This document shows, piece by piece, positions 41,738 through 51,802 of a stretch of DNA of 64,000 bases (positions within the stretch are counted from its first letter, which is position 1; each line of letters begins with the position of its first letter). This DNA comes from Candidatus Levyibacteriota bacterium (lineage in GTDB: Bacteria; Patescibacteriota; Microgenomatia; Levybacterales; UBA12049), in assembly GCA_041906785.1 (NCBI GenBank), contig JAYRIM010000028.1, forward strand, positions 204,383 through 268,382. Reading direction: 5' to 3'. The position numbers and the translations under genes are program-made. The notes under the pieces are model-generated. The model was not told the origin of the DNA, made no database searches, and saw only the letters and a list, made by a program, of their open reading frames with translations.

Positions 41738-42619
41738 TTAATGATTCACCTCCTCATGCTCGTGTGCGTGATGTGGCGTCGTAAGTATAGACATAAACAC
41801 GAGCGTTAAAACTGAAAAAACTAGGGCTTGTACGACACTAACAATTGATTCTAGCAAAAGGAATGGTAGAGGTGCAAGAAATGCAAAAAGAGCTGAGATA
41901 GTATGCAGTGCTACCTCTCCTGCATAAATATTTCCAAATAAACGGAAGGAGAGAGATAAAATTTTCATCACTTCAGCTACAAGTTCAAGAATTCCAATAT
42001 ATAAATTAACAGGATTAAACGAGAAATATCGAGTAATATAATCTTTAAACCCCGTTATTTGAATACTGAGCATATGGGTAAAAATAACTGATAATGTTGC
42101 TAATGCAAATGTCATATTAATATCACTTGTTGCTCCTCGTAATAGAGGAATGAATGCTTCATGGCTTTCCTCTGTTTTTTCTTCTGATTCTTCAGTAGAA
42201 TGCTTACTTGATTTTTTTTCTTGGTAGTTCTTTTCTGATTCTTCTTTTGACGATGCATGCGTTTTTTCATTTACCGTTAATTGTTTTGAAGATTCTTCAC
42301 TGAAAAAACCAATTGTTCCTACACCCGGGAGAAGTCCAGTAAAATTAGTGATAAAAATAAGAAGAAAAAACGTTGCAATAAAAGGGAAAATCGCATTAGC
42401 AGCTTTTTTTGTGGTTGCAATACTTTCTACAAGTCCTTTTATGCCATCTATTAATGGTTCAACAATAGTCTGCAGACCTTCCGGATATGTTTTGATTCTT
42501 TTTGAAAGAAAAATTGCTATGCCAATTAACAACCCATCTACTAATAAAGTGTGTATTAGGGTGTTTGTGATAGGCAAGGGACCAAGATGGGTAATAACGT
42601 CTGGTGCGAATGCCGCCAT
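41738..42619 (-). CDS. atpB: F0F1 ATP synthase subunit a, with a roughly 50-aa Ser/Glu/Lys-rich insertion
   Basis: C-terminal a-subunit helices (ILSLSFRLFGNIYAGEVAL...) with the conserved Arg. Hydrophilic insert EESSKQLTVNEKTHASSKEESEKNYQEKKSSKHSTEESEEKTEESHE between TM segments. Confidence 0.85.
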   Translation of the reverse strand: MAAFAPDVITHLGPLPITNTLIHTLLVDGLLIGIAIFLSKRIKTYPEGLQTIVEPLIDGIKGLVESIATTKKAANAIFPFIATFFLLIFITNFTGLLPGVGTIGFFSEESSKQLTVNEKTHASSKEESEKNYQEKKSSKHSTEESEEKTEESHEAFIPLLRGATSDINMTFALATLSVIFTHMLSIQITGFKDYITRYFSFNPVNLYIGILELVAEVMKILSLSFRLFGNIYAGEVALHTISALFAFLAPLPFLLLESIVSVVQALVFSVLTLVFMSILTTPHHAHEHEEVNH

Positions 42620-42654
42620 AGACGCTTACATTGTACCGGCACATTTTTAGGAAG

Positions 42655-43050
42655 TCAAGGATTTCGATCACGTTTACGAGGTAAGAGCGGTGGAATAACA
42701 CGTTGTTGTGTGGTGTCAAAGATATTGATGAGCACTCTACCATTTTGCCTTGTCTGTTCACCATTAGTACATGCATATATACCAGAATCGATAAGTTTTG
42801 CATCTGGGTAAAGTAGAGGTATACCATCAGTTCCATCTAATACTGTTATGCCAACACGGTAAGAAACTAAGGGATTATTAGGAGTAGACTCTTGCAGCAT
42901 ACATGTAACCTGTTGATCAACAGTACAGTTAGCTGAAAAGCCACCGTCTTTATTTGGACAGTCGGAACAACGGTTACCTTCAAGCGTGACAGTTCGATGT
43001 AGCATCCTTTTTGTTAGTTCAAAGCGTTCTGCGGACATATTCCTAAACAA
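42655..43050 (-). CDS. hypothetical Cys-rich small protein in the atpI position (not membrane; compositionally atypical)
   Basis: 131 aa, no TM. RCSDCPNKDGGFSANCTVDQQVTC cysteine cluster. Lies between dnaE and atpB. Visibly higher G+C, and ORFs open in several frames across 42.35-43.05 kb. Confidence 0.35.
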   Translation of the reverse strand: MFRNMSAERFELTKRMLHRTVTLEGNRCSDCPNKDGGFSANCTVDQQVTCMLQESTPNNPLVSYRVGITVLDGTDGIPLLYPDAKLIDSGIYACTNGEQTRQNGRVLINIFDTTQQRVIPPLLPRKRDRNP

Positions 43051-46000
43051 TTAAATTTTTCGCGGCAGATATAAAATTAGCTATAATCACAGGTCGTTCA
43101 TCTTTCATGTCCAGCTTACCTTCGATAATGACGACATTATCATTTATCAGAAGAGATTTATACTGTTCAAAAACTCTCGGAAACACGACACATTCTATCG
43201 TTATACCTTTCTCATTTCCGACAGAAATAAACGCCATTTCTGCATTCGACTTTTTCGTAAATATTTTCCTTGATGTTTCTATAATCCCTCCTACTTTTAC
43301 TATTGTTCCTTCTTTTTCTTCTTCCAGAAATTCAATTTCGTGTGTGATGACAGTTTTTATTGAAGAGAGAGTATCCATTTGGGGATGAGATGTTAAATAA
43401 AATCCTAAGAACTCTTTTTCAAACATCAATTTTTCGTTTTTTGTAAAATCTTCAATATCTGTCATAGAGAAATGAGTAGTTTCCCTTGATTCATCAGTCT
43501 CCCCAAATAAACTGCTTTGACCTTCCGAAGATTGTTTTTTAATTTGCTGGCATTTTAATAGAACCTCAGGCATAGCAATAAGCAGTGATGCTCGGTTTCC
43601 GAAGCTGTCCATTGCTCCTGCTTTAATAAGACTTTCTAAAGTTTTCTTATTCACTTTACTTATATCTACTCTCGAACAGAAATCAAATAAATCTGTAAAT
43701 GATCTTGAATTTCTTGCACTTAAAATAGTTTCTATTGCAGCTCCACCGACATTTTTTATCGCTGATAAGCCGAATCTGACTTTTTTTCCTTCTTCTATAG
43801 AAAATTCTGCTTCGGATTTATTAATATCGGGGGGTAAAATAGGCACATTCAAGCGTTTACATTCTGCTACTGCCTGCGCTATTTTCTCATTTTTAATCGG
43901 TCCAGATGTGCCACGAGATTCAGCGGTGAGAAGGGCAGTCATAAACTCTACTGGATAATGAGCTTTTAGATATGCTGTTCGAAAGGCTATTGTTGCATAA
44001 CATGCAGCATGAGCTTTGTTAAATCCGTAACCTGCGAAAGGTGCAATTAACTGAAAGATTTCTGTAGCTTTTTGTTTTGAATGACCATTTTTCATACAGC
44101 CAGCGATAAACATTTCTTCCTGCTTTTTCATTTCTGCTGGAATTTTCTTACCCATTGCTTTTCTAAATTTATCAGCATCGAGCCATGTATACCCTGCAAG
44201 CGTAATTACTGTTAAAAGAACATCATCTTGAAAGGTAATAACTCCATATGATTCCTTTAAAATATCTTTTAAGCTTGGATCTGGGTATGTAATTAATGAT
44301 GGATTATGTTTACGTTTAATAAATTCTGGAATAATTGCCATAGGACCTGGTCGATAGAGAGCAACCATTGCTTGTAAGTCGAAAATCGAACTTGGGCGAA
44401 GCTCTTTAATATACCGTCTCATTCCTGCAGATTCTAATTGGAATATTCCAGTTGTTTCTCCTTGGGAAAGGAGATCGTATGTTTTTTTATCGTCGAGAGG
44501 AACATCTTTAAAATCTATTTTTACCCTTTGGTTTTTTTCGATAAACTTTAATGATTCTTCGATAATAGTTAAATTTCTTAATCCGAGAAAATCCATCTTC
44601 AATAACCCTACACCATCTTCACCCACAGTATACATATCATATTGCGTAACGATTTTATCTCCATTCGTTTCCCGTTGCAGTGGTACATATTCTGTTAACG
44701 GTTTGTCAGCTATAACAACTCCAGCAGCATGAACAGAAGCATGTCTCGCTACACCTTCCAACTTTTTTGCGAGATCAAGAATTCGTTTTGTATCTTGTTC
44801 AGCAAGATATGCTTTTTTTAAATCTGGACTTTGTTCCAAAGCTGCGTCGACTGTCATGGCATGGCCTTGCCAACCAGGAGGAATAATTTTTGCTATTCTG
44901 TCCGGAACCGCGTATGGGAAACCAAGTACTCTTCCTACATCTCGAACTGCAGCTCTGGCTTCCATAGAGCCAAAAGTGATAATTTGCGCTACTTTATCTT
45001 GTCCGTATTTTTGAGTCACATACTCAATAACTTCTTCGCGTCTTGTGTCAGCAAAATCTAAATCTATATCTGGAGCAGATGGACGAAGGGGATTTAAAAA
45101 TCGTTCAAATGGAAGAGAAAAGAAAAAAGGATCTACGTCAGTAATTCGTAAACAATATGAGACGACAGAACCTGCAGCTGATCCTCTTCCTGGACCTACG
45201 GCTATGCCATGATCTTTCGCCCAGTTTACGAAATCAGAAACGACTAAAAAGTATGTTTCATATTTCTTTTTTAGAATAACTGAGAGTTCATAATCGATTC
45301 TCTCTTTAATTTGTTGAGCGTTTGGCTTATTCGTCATGCTGACTTCTCCAGCATCCGTTTTAGATTCTGGATTTGTCTTTAACTCACTGGAATGCATTGT
45401 AGTCGGTTCAACGTTCAGTTGAGGATAACGTTTTTTTGCACCTTCGTATACTAACTGTGTCAAGTATTCACCAGTAGTTAAATCATTTGGCACAGTAAAT
45501 ACAGGCATAATCCATTTCCCTAAGGTTATTTCGACGTTACATCGTTCAGCAATTTTCACTGTATTTTCTATTGCTTCAGGAAGATCAGAGAACTCCTTAG
45601 TCATTTCTTCTGAGCTTTTAATATAAAAATCAGGTGAAGAAACCATCGAAAGTTTGCGATTCTTATCAAGTAACGTCGTCTGTGTTTGCAGACATAATAG
45701 TACTTCTTGTGCTTCAGCATCAGTACTATTCGTGTAATGGTTATCATTTGTCGCTACTAAAGGGAGCCCTAGTTTCTTTGCAAGTTTTATTAATTTTTCG
45801 TTCGCTTCTTTTTGGGGAGGAACATCAATATGGCGCTGTAATTCAATATAAAAATTATCTTCCCCAAATATTTCAGAAAGTTTCATAGCTCGTTTTTCAG
45901 CTATTTCATTTTCTCCTCGGATTAAAGGTTCTGTAACATACCCGTTCACGCATGCGCTTAAACAGATAAGGCCTTCATGATATTTTTCTAATAATTCGAT

Positions 46001-46363
46001 ATCACTTCGAGGTTTGTAGTAATATCCCTCAAGCCAAGAGGTAGAGACTATTTTTAAAAGATTTTTATATCCAGTTACATCTTTTGCTAAAAGAATGAGA
46101 TGGTTATATTCATTATCTACACCAGCTTCTTTATCTGTTAATTTACGCTTCGCGACATAGATTTCAACCCCAATTATGGGTTTTATTCCAGCCTCTTTAC
46201 ATGCTTTGTAAAATTTTATGACTCCATACATACTTCCATGGTCAGTAATAGCTATCGCGGGCATATTGAGGTCTTTTGCCCGCTTGACCATTGAAGAAAC
46301 TTTTGATAACCCATCAAGCAAAGAATATTCGGAGTGATTATGAAGATGAACGAAGTCGGACAT
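43043..46363 (-). CDS. dnaE: DNA polymerase III alpha subunit
   Basis: 1106 aa. N-terminal PHP domain (HLHNHSEYSLLDG), polymerase core, C-terminal OB fold. Confidence 0.95.
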   Translation of the reverse strand: MSDFVHLHNHSEYSLLDGLSKVSSMVKRAKDLNMPAIAITDHGSMYGVIKFYKACKEAGIKPIIGVEIYVAKRKLTDKEAGVDNEYNHLILLAKDVTGYKNLLKIVSTSWLEGYYYKPRSDIELLEKYHEGLICLSACVNGYVTEPLIRGENEIAEKRAMKLSEIFGEDNFYIELQRHIDVPPQKEANEKLIKLAKKLGLPLVATNDNHYTNSTDAEAQEVLLCLQTQTTLLDKNRKLSMVSSPDFYIKSSEEMTKEFSDLPEAIENTVKIAERCNVEITLGKWIMPVFTVPNDLTTGEYLTQLVYEGAKKRYPQLNVEPTTMHSSELKTNPESKTDAGEVSMTNKPNAQQIKERIDYELSVILKKKYETYFLVVSDFVNWAKDHGIAVGPGRGSAAGSVVSYCLRITDVDPFFFSLPFERFLNPLRPSAPDIDLDFADTRREEVIEYVTQKYGQDKVAQIITFGSMEARAAVRDVGRVLGFPYAVPDRIAKIIPPGWQGHAMTVDAALEQSPDLKKAYLAEQDTKRILDLAKKLEGVARHASVHAAGVVIADKPLTEYVPLQRETNGDKIVTQYDMYTVGEDGVGLLKMDFLGLRNLTIIEESLKFIEKNQRVKIDFKDVPLDDKKTYDLLSQGETTGIFQLESAGMRRYIKELRPSSIFDLQAMVALYRPGPMAIIPEFIKRKHNPSLITYPDPSLKDILKESYGVITFQDDVLLTVITLAGYTWLDADKFRKAMGKKIPAEMKKQEEMFIAGCMKNGHSKQKATEIFQLIAPFAGYGFNKAHAACYATIAFRTAYLKAHYPVEFMTALLTAESRGTSGPIKNEKIAQAVAECKRLNVPILPPDINKSEAEFSIEEGKKVRFGLSAIKNVGGAAIETILSARNSRSFTDLFDFCSRVDISKVNKKTLESLIKAGAMDSFGNRASLLIAMPEVLLKCQQIKKQSSEGQSSLFGETDESRETTHFSMTDIEDFTKNEKLMFEKEFLGFYLTSHPQMDTLSSIKTVITHEIEFLEEEKEGTIVKVGGIIETSRKIFTKKSNAEMAFISVGNEKGITIECVVFPRVFEQYKSLLINDNVVIIEGKLDMKDERPVIIANFISAAKNLIV

Positions 46364-46437
46364 GCTTCTATTTTAGCAGAATGAGATAAATAATTGGTAA
46401 TTAGTAATTAAGCAACTGTATAAACCATCACTTATTA

Positions 46438-47769
46438 TCATTTTTTCAGCTCAGTTTCTAGTTTTTCTTTTATCATTGTCGCATCTGCTTTTACTGCGAG
46501 TTTTCTCATAACTTGCCCTAGGAGAAACATAATAACTGTTTCTTTTCCATTTTTATAGTCATCAACAGCTTTCTGATTCTCTGTTAGTACCTCTTGGATG
46601 GCTTTATTAAGTTTTGTTTCGTCCACTTGAACAGTATGAGATGATTGTATTTGTTTCACAAGATCAGCAGGTGACACCGTAATAAAATCAACCTTTTTAT
46701 TAATTATGACGTTTGAGATTTGTTTGGGAGAAACTTGAATAAGCTTACCCTCTTTTACTGCTTGTTCAAAAAAATCAGCTAATGAGTTTTCTCGAGTTAA
46801 CAATTCTGCGTCATATTCAGGAATTTGATATTCTTTTACAAATCGTTCTAACTTTGCCTGCGGCAGTTCGGGCATTTGATTTTCCAGGTTTGAAATGTGA
46901 GATTCGGTTATTCTTATCGGTGGGATATCAGGTTCTGGGAAATATCGATAATCATGAGCCTCTTCTTTTGACCTTTGGGAGAATGTTGATTGTTTATTTT
47001 CATTCCATCCTCTCGTTTCCTGAGCAGGAATTTCGCCTTTTTCTAAAATAGTTTGTTGTCTTTTGATTTCATACGTAATAGCTTTTTCGACAAATCGAAA
47101 CGAGTTAATATTTTTTACTTCCACTTTATATTTTGGAAAAATATTCTTTTTTACTTCCTCTTCATTTCTCAGAGAAATATTTGGTTCCAGCCGCATTTCA
47201 CCTTTTTCCATGTCAGCATCTGATACATTCAGATAGCGAACAATTTGCTGTAGTTTCTGAAGATATTCTTTTACATCGGTAGCATTATAGAAATCTGCTT
47301 CTGTAACAATTTCGACTAATGGTACACCTGAACGATTAAAATCAATAAGACTGATATCCTCACCATTTAGTTCTCCATGCATTAATTTACCTGTATCTTC
47401 TTCCATATGGACCCGACGAATGCCAATTTTTTTACTATTTGAAAGTATCATATAGCCATTTTGACCAAAGGGGAGATCATACTGACTTATTTGGTACCCT
47501 TTTGCAAGATCCGGGTAAAAATAGTTTTTTCGATCAAATTTAGAAAACGCATTAACTGTACATTTTAATGCCAACCCTATCATCATGCACCAGTCGATCG
47601 CTTCTTTATTCGGGACAGGAAGTGCACCTGGTAAACCTAAACATACAGGACATGTATGTGTATTTGGTTCTTTTCCAAAATAGTCAGCAGAACATTTACA
47701 AAACATTTTGCTTTTTGTTTTTAGTTCAACATGTACTTCTAAACCAATTAAAGGTGTGTATTTATTCAT
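46438..47769 (-). CDS. gatB: Asp-tRNA(Asn)/Glu-tRNA(Gln) amidotransferase subunit B
   Basis: MNKYTPLIGLEVHVELKTKSKMFC... N-terminus typical of GatB; 443 aa. Confidence 0.9.
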   Translation of the reverse strand: MNKYTPLIGLEVHVELKTKSKMFCKCSADYFGKEPNTHTCPVCLGLPGALPVPNKEAIDWCMMIGLALKCTVNAFSKFDRKNYFYPDLAKGYQISQYDLPFGQNGYMILSNSKKIGIRRVHMEEDTGKLMHGELNGEDISLIDFNRSGVPLVEIVTEADFYNATDVKEYLQKLQQIVRYLNVSDADMEKGEMRLEPNISLRNEEEVKKNIFPKYKVEVKNINSFRFVEKAITYEIKRQQTILEKGEIPAQETRGWNENKQSTFSQRSKEEAHDYRYFPEPDIPPIRITESHISNLENQMPELPQAKLERFVKEYQIPEYDAELLTRENSLADFFEQAVKEGKLIQVSPKQISNVIINKKVDFITVSPADLVKQIQSSHTVQVDETKLNKAIQEVLTENQKAVDDYKNGKETVIMFLLGQVMRKLAVKADATMIKEKLETELKK

Positions 47770-47843
47770 AAATTACATTGATTCATGATTTAAGATTTAT
47801 GATTCAAGAATATTTCATAAATCTTACTTCGTTAATCTTTAGT

Positions 47844-49256
47844 CTATTGTAACTTTGGTCTTTGCTTCCACCATTGATTTTCTTGTTCATATGCGTATCC
47901 TACTCGATATAGTAAGTCTTCTGAGAAATGGGGCCCGAGAATTTGAATCCCCACTGGTAAATTATTTACAAATCCTGCGGGAATAACTAATCCCGGTACT
48001 CCAGTTAAGTTTCCGGTTACTGTAAAAATATCTGATAAATACATTGCGAGCGGATTATCAGCTTTTTCACCAATTTTCCATGGTGGAGTGGGTGAAACAG
48101 GTGCGATAATAACGTCAACTTTTTTATACGCCTCAACAAAATCTTGTACTAATAACGTTCTTACTTTCATTGCTTTATTATAATAAGCATCGTAATATCC
48201 AGAAGAAAGAACATATGTACCTAACATAATTCTCCTTTTTGCCTCAGCACCGAAAGTAGATCGTTCATTACCATACCGAATTCCATCAAATCTTGCTAAA
48301 TTTGAAGAGACTTCAGCAGTTTGAACGATATAGTACACAGCAATAGCATATTCTGTATGAGGAAGTGAAATATCTATAATTTCAGCGCCCTGTTTCTCAT
48401 AAAATGTTAAGACATTTTCAGTTAACATTTTTACTTGCGGATCAAGTCCTTCGATAAAATATTCTTTGGGTATACCGATTTTCAAACCTTTTACGCCTTT
48501 TTTAAGATTTGTAAGATAGTTAGATACCGGTTGTGGAGGAGTTGTGGCATCGTTTGGGTCGTTTCCTGCAGTAACTTGCAGATACAGTGCATTATCTTCA
48601 ACAGTTTTTGTAAAATGGCCAATAGTGTCAAGAGATGATGCCATGGAGATGACTCCATAACGACTTACTCGACCATATGTTGGTTTTAATCCAACTGTAT
48701 TCGTAAATCCTGCAGGAAGTCGAATGGAACCGCCTGTATCTGTCCCTGAAGCAGCAAGGCTTAAATCAGCAGAGACAGCAACAGCAGAACCACTGCTAGA
48801 TCCACCAGGGACATAGTCATAATTAAAGGGATTCTTCGAAGGACCATAGTCTGAATTTTCCCCTGATGATCCATGTGCCCATGCATCGCAATTCGTTTTA
48901 CCTAAAAGTATTGCTCCAGATTCTTTTAATCGTTGAACAGCTGTTCCGTCATACTGTGGAATATAATTATCAAGTACCTTCGAAGCAGCAGTCGTACGCA
49001 CTCCCTTTGTGACATAAATATCTTTATGTGCGATAGGAATACCTAATAATGCTTTTTTCTCACCTTTTGCTATTTTTCTATCTGCTTCCCCGGCTTGCTC
49101 CAATGCCTCTTTTTTAGAAATCGTTAAAAAAGCGTTTAAAGAAGTATTATATTTTTCAATTCGTTCCAAATATGCTTTTGTTAACTCAACAGCTGAAAAT
49201 TCTTTATTTTGAAGTTTTATTAATGCGTCTTTTATTGTAAGTGTGGAGAGATCCAT
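47844..49256 (-). CDS. gatA: Asp-tRNA(Asn)/Glu-tRNA(Gln) amidotransferase subunit A (amidase family)
   Basis: Amidase signature GGSSSGSAVAVSADL; 470 aa. Confidence 0.9.
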   Translation of the reverse strand: MDLSTLTIKDALIKLQNKEFSAVELTKAYLERIEKYNTSLNAFLTISKKEALEQAGEADRKIAKGEKKALLGIPIAHKDIYVTKGVRTTAASKVLDNYIPQYDGTAVQRLKESGAILLGKTNCDAWAHGSSGENSDYGPSKNPFNYDYVPGGSSSGSAVAVSADLSLAASGTDTGGSIRLPAGFTNTVGLKPTYGRVSRYGVISMASSLDTIGHFTKTVEDNALYLQVTAGNDPNDATTPPQPVSNYLTNLKKGVKGLKIGIPKEYFIEGLDPQVKMLTENVLTFYEKQGAEIIDISLPHTEYAIAVYYIVQTAEVSSNLARFDGIRYGNERSTFGAEAKRRIMLGTYVLSSGYYDAYYNKAMKVRTLLVQDFVEAYKKVDVIIAPVSPTPPWKIGEKADNPLAMYLSDIFTVTGNLTGVPGLVIPAGFVNNLPVGIQILGPHFSEDLLYRVGYAYEQENQWWKQRPKLQ

Positions 49257-49267
49257 AAGATGAGCTA

Positions 49268-49747
49268 TTATACTGCTTTTAATATTTTGTAATCAACCAT
49301 GTCATAATCTTTTAAAAGAAAATCTGCAGCGAAGAAATCATATTTTAATAATAAAGGAAGAAAAACTTTGTCCTGAGAATAGATATTTAACTGATTAATA
49401 TCTTTTATATCTTTCCAAACAAATGATCCTTCATTACTGGGAGTAGGTGTACCGGAATATTGGCTTGTTATATATACATAATCAATCCAATCATGAACAC
49501 CAGATTCCCTCGTACCGAATTCTCTGAAATAAATAATTGCTTTTAAATTAATATCTTTTACTTCGATGTTTGCCTCTTCTTTTGCCTCACGATACACTGC
49601 GTTTTCTATACTTTCTCCTTCTTCTACTTTTCCTCCAATAGATAGTAATTTTCCTTGCTGATGAACTGTATCGTTTTGCTTATTTCGTACCAGAAAAAGT
49701 ATTTTGTTATCTTTGATAATATATAACATTACTGCGTGCTTTTTCAT
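49268..49747 (-). CDS. Nudix hydrolase
   Basis: Nudix box GGKVEEGESIENAVYREAKEEANIEV. Confidence 0.7.
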   Translation of the reverse strand: MKKHAVMLYIIKDNKILFLVRNKQNDTVHQQGKLLSIGGKVEEGESIENAVYREAKEEANIEVKDINLKAIIYFREFGTRESGVHDWIDYVYITSQYSGTPTPSNEGSFVWKDIKDINQLNIYSQDKVFLPLLLKYDFFAADFLLKDYDMVDYKILKAV

Positions 49748-49753
49748 AATAAA

Positions 49754-50383
49754 CTATGTTGTCCGTTTTTCTTCCCATGTTTTTAAACCATAGACTTCCT
49801 TAATCTGTATCTCTTTTCCATCTGACTCTGCTTTTACGTATCCGCAATTAATGATTCCTCCGACTTTATCAAAGTCTCCATATTTATGGCTAATAAGTAA
49901 TCCGCGAATTATCCCTCCATGAGTCACCACCAATATTGTTTTTCCAGGATATTTTCTGGCATATTCTGTAATCGCTTGCGTAAAACGAGTATTACTCTCT
50001 ATAAAGTTTTCCTGTGTTGGATCGAGTTTATGTGCGAATTTTTGTTCATCTGTCAAAGGATCCCAGTTTTCGGAAGTATAGAGATCGAGAAATTCCTTTA
50101 CAGGCATGCCTTCAAACTTTCCTTGTGATCTTTCTCGAAGCCTTTTATCTGGATAAACTTCAAGATTATATTCTATAGCGATTATTTTTGCTGTTTGTAT
50201 TGCACGAAGTAAATCTGATGAATATACATAATCGAAGTGAACATTCTTTACTAAATCGCCGAGAGCTTTAGCTTGTTCTTTACCCTTTTCAGTTAAAGAA
50301 GTATTTCCTACGCCATTGCCCTGGACAATTTTTTTTACGTTGGCTTCTGATTCACCATGTCTAATAATATAGAAAGTAGTCAT
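49754..50383 (-). CDS. histidine phosphatase family protein (phosphoglycerate mutase-like)
   Basis: FYIIRHGESEAN (RHG catalytic motif) and a downstream His region; 209 aa. Confidence 0.75.
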   Translation of the reverse strand: MTTFYIIRHGESEANVKKIVQGNGVGNTSLTEKGKEQAKALGDLVKNVHFDYVYSSDLLRAIQTAKIIAIEYNLEVYPDKRLRERSQGKFEGMPVKEFLDLYTSENWDPLTDEQKFAHKLDPTQENFIESNTRFTQAITEYARKYPGKTILVVTHGGIIRGLLISHKYGDFDKVGGIINCGYVKAESDGKEIQIKEVYGLKTWEEKRTT

Positions 50384-50385
50384 AT

Positions 50386-51051
50386 CTATTCCTCAGCTCC
50401 TGTTAACTTTTTTATAATGTTATCTGTTTCAATGATTGTATACTTGTTCCCATCAGTATTCATGACAAAATATCCGGTATTTTTTACTGAACCTTGTGGT
50501 AGCTCTTCGAATTTACCCCAACCAATATATGCAAGGAAATTTCTCATAATTCCGCCATGGTTTACAACAAGTACAGTTTTCCCTTGATATGTGGTAACAG
50601 TTTCCTTTATAAATTTTATAAATCGATCTATACCTTCTTGGGCGCTTTCCCCATCTTCTGAAAATTTATATGAAAATTTCTCTTTATCACTTAATTCATA
50701 TAATGCTTCCTCCATTTTTATGCGTTCTTCTCTTGGCGAGTTAATCCAGACTCGACCATATCTTCTTTCGAATATTGAATCTACAATACGGAAAGGTATA
50801 TTTCTGCCTGTAACGATAATTTCTGCAGTTTTAATAGCTCGTTGTTTATTTGATGAAAAGACTGCATCAAAATGAATATTTTTAAACTTTTCAGCAATTA
50901 TTTTTGCTTGCTCCTCGCCTTTTTGAGTTAGGGAAGAACCTTTTGCGTTTGATAAATAAGGTATGACTTGAGTAGAGTTTTTCGTAATTACTCTAATATT
51001 ATCTTCAGATTGTCCGTGACGCACGACATAGATGGTTGTACTATTTGACAT
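50386..51051 (-). CDS. histidine phosphatase family protein (paralog of the preceding gene)
   Basis: IYVVRHGQSEDN motif; 221 aa. Tandem with its paralog, 3-nt spacing. Confidence 0.75.
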   Translation of the reverse strand: MSNSTTIYVVRHGQSEDNIRVITKNSTQVIPYLSNAKGSSLTQKGEEQAKIIAEKFKNIHFDAVFSSNKQRAIKTAEIIVTGRNIPFRIVDSIFERRYGRVWINSPREERIKMEEALYELSDKEKFSYKFSEDGESAQEGIDRFIKFIKETVTTYQGKTVLVVNHGGIMRNFLAYIGWGKFEELPQGSVKNTGYFVMNTDGNKYTIIETDNIIKKLTGAEE

Positions 51052-51141
51052 AGTGAATTTGTAGTCCTAACTTTTTTGCTGTTTCATATTCATCCCGTGC
51101 CCCTATTGATTTCTCCCATCTTGGAGTCATAAATACATCCG

Positions 51142-51495
51142 TTATATACCCGCTAGAAAGAATCTTTCTCCAAAAGTGATAAATAATACTTCTCGTTCAT
51201 TGCGGGATAATTTCATTTCTTGTAATGTTTCTAACAGTCCTGTTTCCTTAAAAACGTCAGTAGCAGAAAAAATAGGGAAGTCATGTTTTTTACGAATTGT
51301 CATAGTGTAATCCATTAGTTTTTTTAAATTGTTTTCTACATGCTCGGGTCCTTCAGAACCAATAATACCTGCGACATACCCTATTCTCTTAGCATTTTTC
51401 TTTTTTTTAGCGTTCTTAAATGCTAGGAGCATTTTTTCGTATACATGATCGAGGTGTTCGACGTTAGACATGACGTCTAGAATATAATTGTTCAT
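51142..51495 (-). CDS. hypothetical protein
   Basis: 117 aa soluble ORF co-oriented between gatC and the phosphatase genes. No motif I can name with confidence. Confidence 0.35.
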   Translation of the reverse strand: MNNYILDVMSNVEHLDHVYEKMLLAFKNAKKKKNAKRIGYVAGIIGSEGPEHVENNLKKLMDYTMTIRKKHDFPIFSATDVFKETGLLETLQEMKLSRNEREVLFITFGERFFLAGI

Positions 51496-51510
51496 AAAAT
51501 CTGATAAAAG

Positions 51511-51795
51511 TTATTCTGCGTCAAGGATTCCTTTTACTTGAAAGAATCCGTTATGTTGGGCTTTCGCATTAGAAAGCGCAACAGATTGCGGAAGGGAAGA
51601 TGATGAGATATCCTCGCGAAGTATATTTTCCAGCCCAGTTACTTGACTAGTTGGTTCGACATTTTGTGTATCTACCTCGTTTAATTTTTCAATATATTGG
51701 AGAACATCAGAGAGCTGTTTATCAAATTTTTCTACTTCTTCTTCGTTTAGAGGAAGATTTGCGAGTTTCGCAACGTGAGGTACGTTTATTTTCAT
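51511..51795 (-). CDS. gatC: Asp-tRNA(Asn)/Glu-tRNA(Gln) amidotransferase subunit C
   Basis: 94 aa; MKINVPHVAKLANLPLNEEEVEKFDKQLSDVLQYIEKLNEVDT matches GatC. Confidence 0.75.
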   Translation of the reverse strand: MKINVPHVAKLANLPLNEEEVEKFDKQLSDVLQYIEKLNEVDTQNVEPTSQVTGLENILREDISSSSLPQSVALSNAKAQHNGFFQVKGILDAE

Positions 51796-51802
51796 AACAG
51801 CA

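Noticed and set aside
42348-42836. Overlapping ORFs 42348-42650(+), 42459-42836(-) and 42587-42811(+)
   Set aside because: They are mutually exclusive and overlap atpB. They reflect locally reduced stop-codon density from higher G+C, not genes.
42620-43042. RNase P RNA or other large structured RNA in the G+C-richer segment between atpB and dnaE
   Set aside because: None of the universally conserved RNase P strings (GGAAAGUCCGG, ACAGAAACCGGCUUA-like) are present on either strand.
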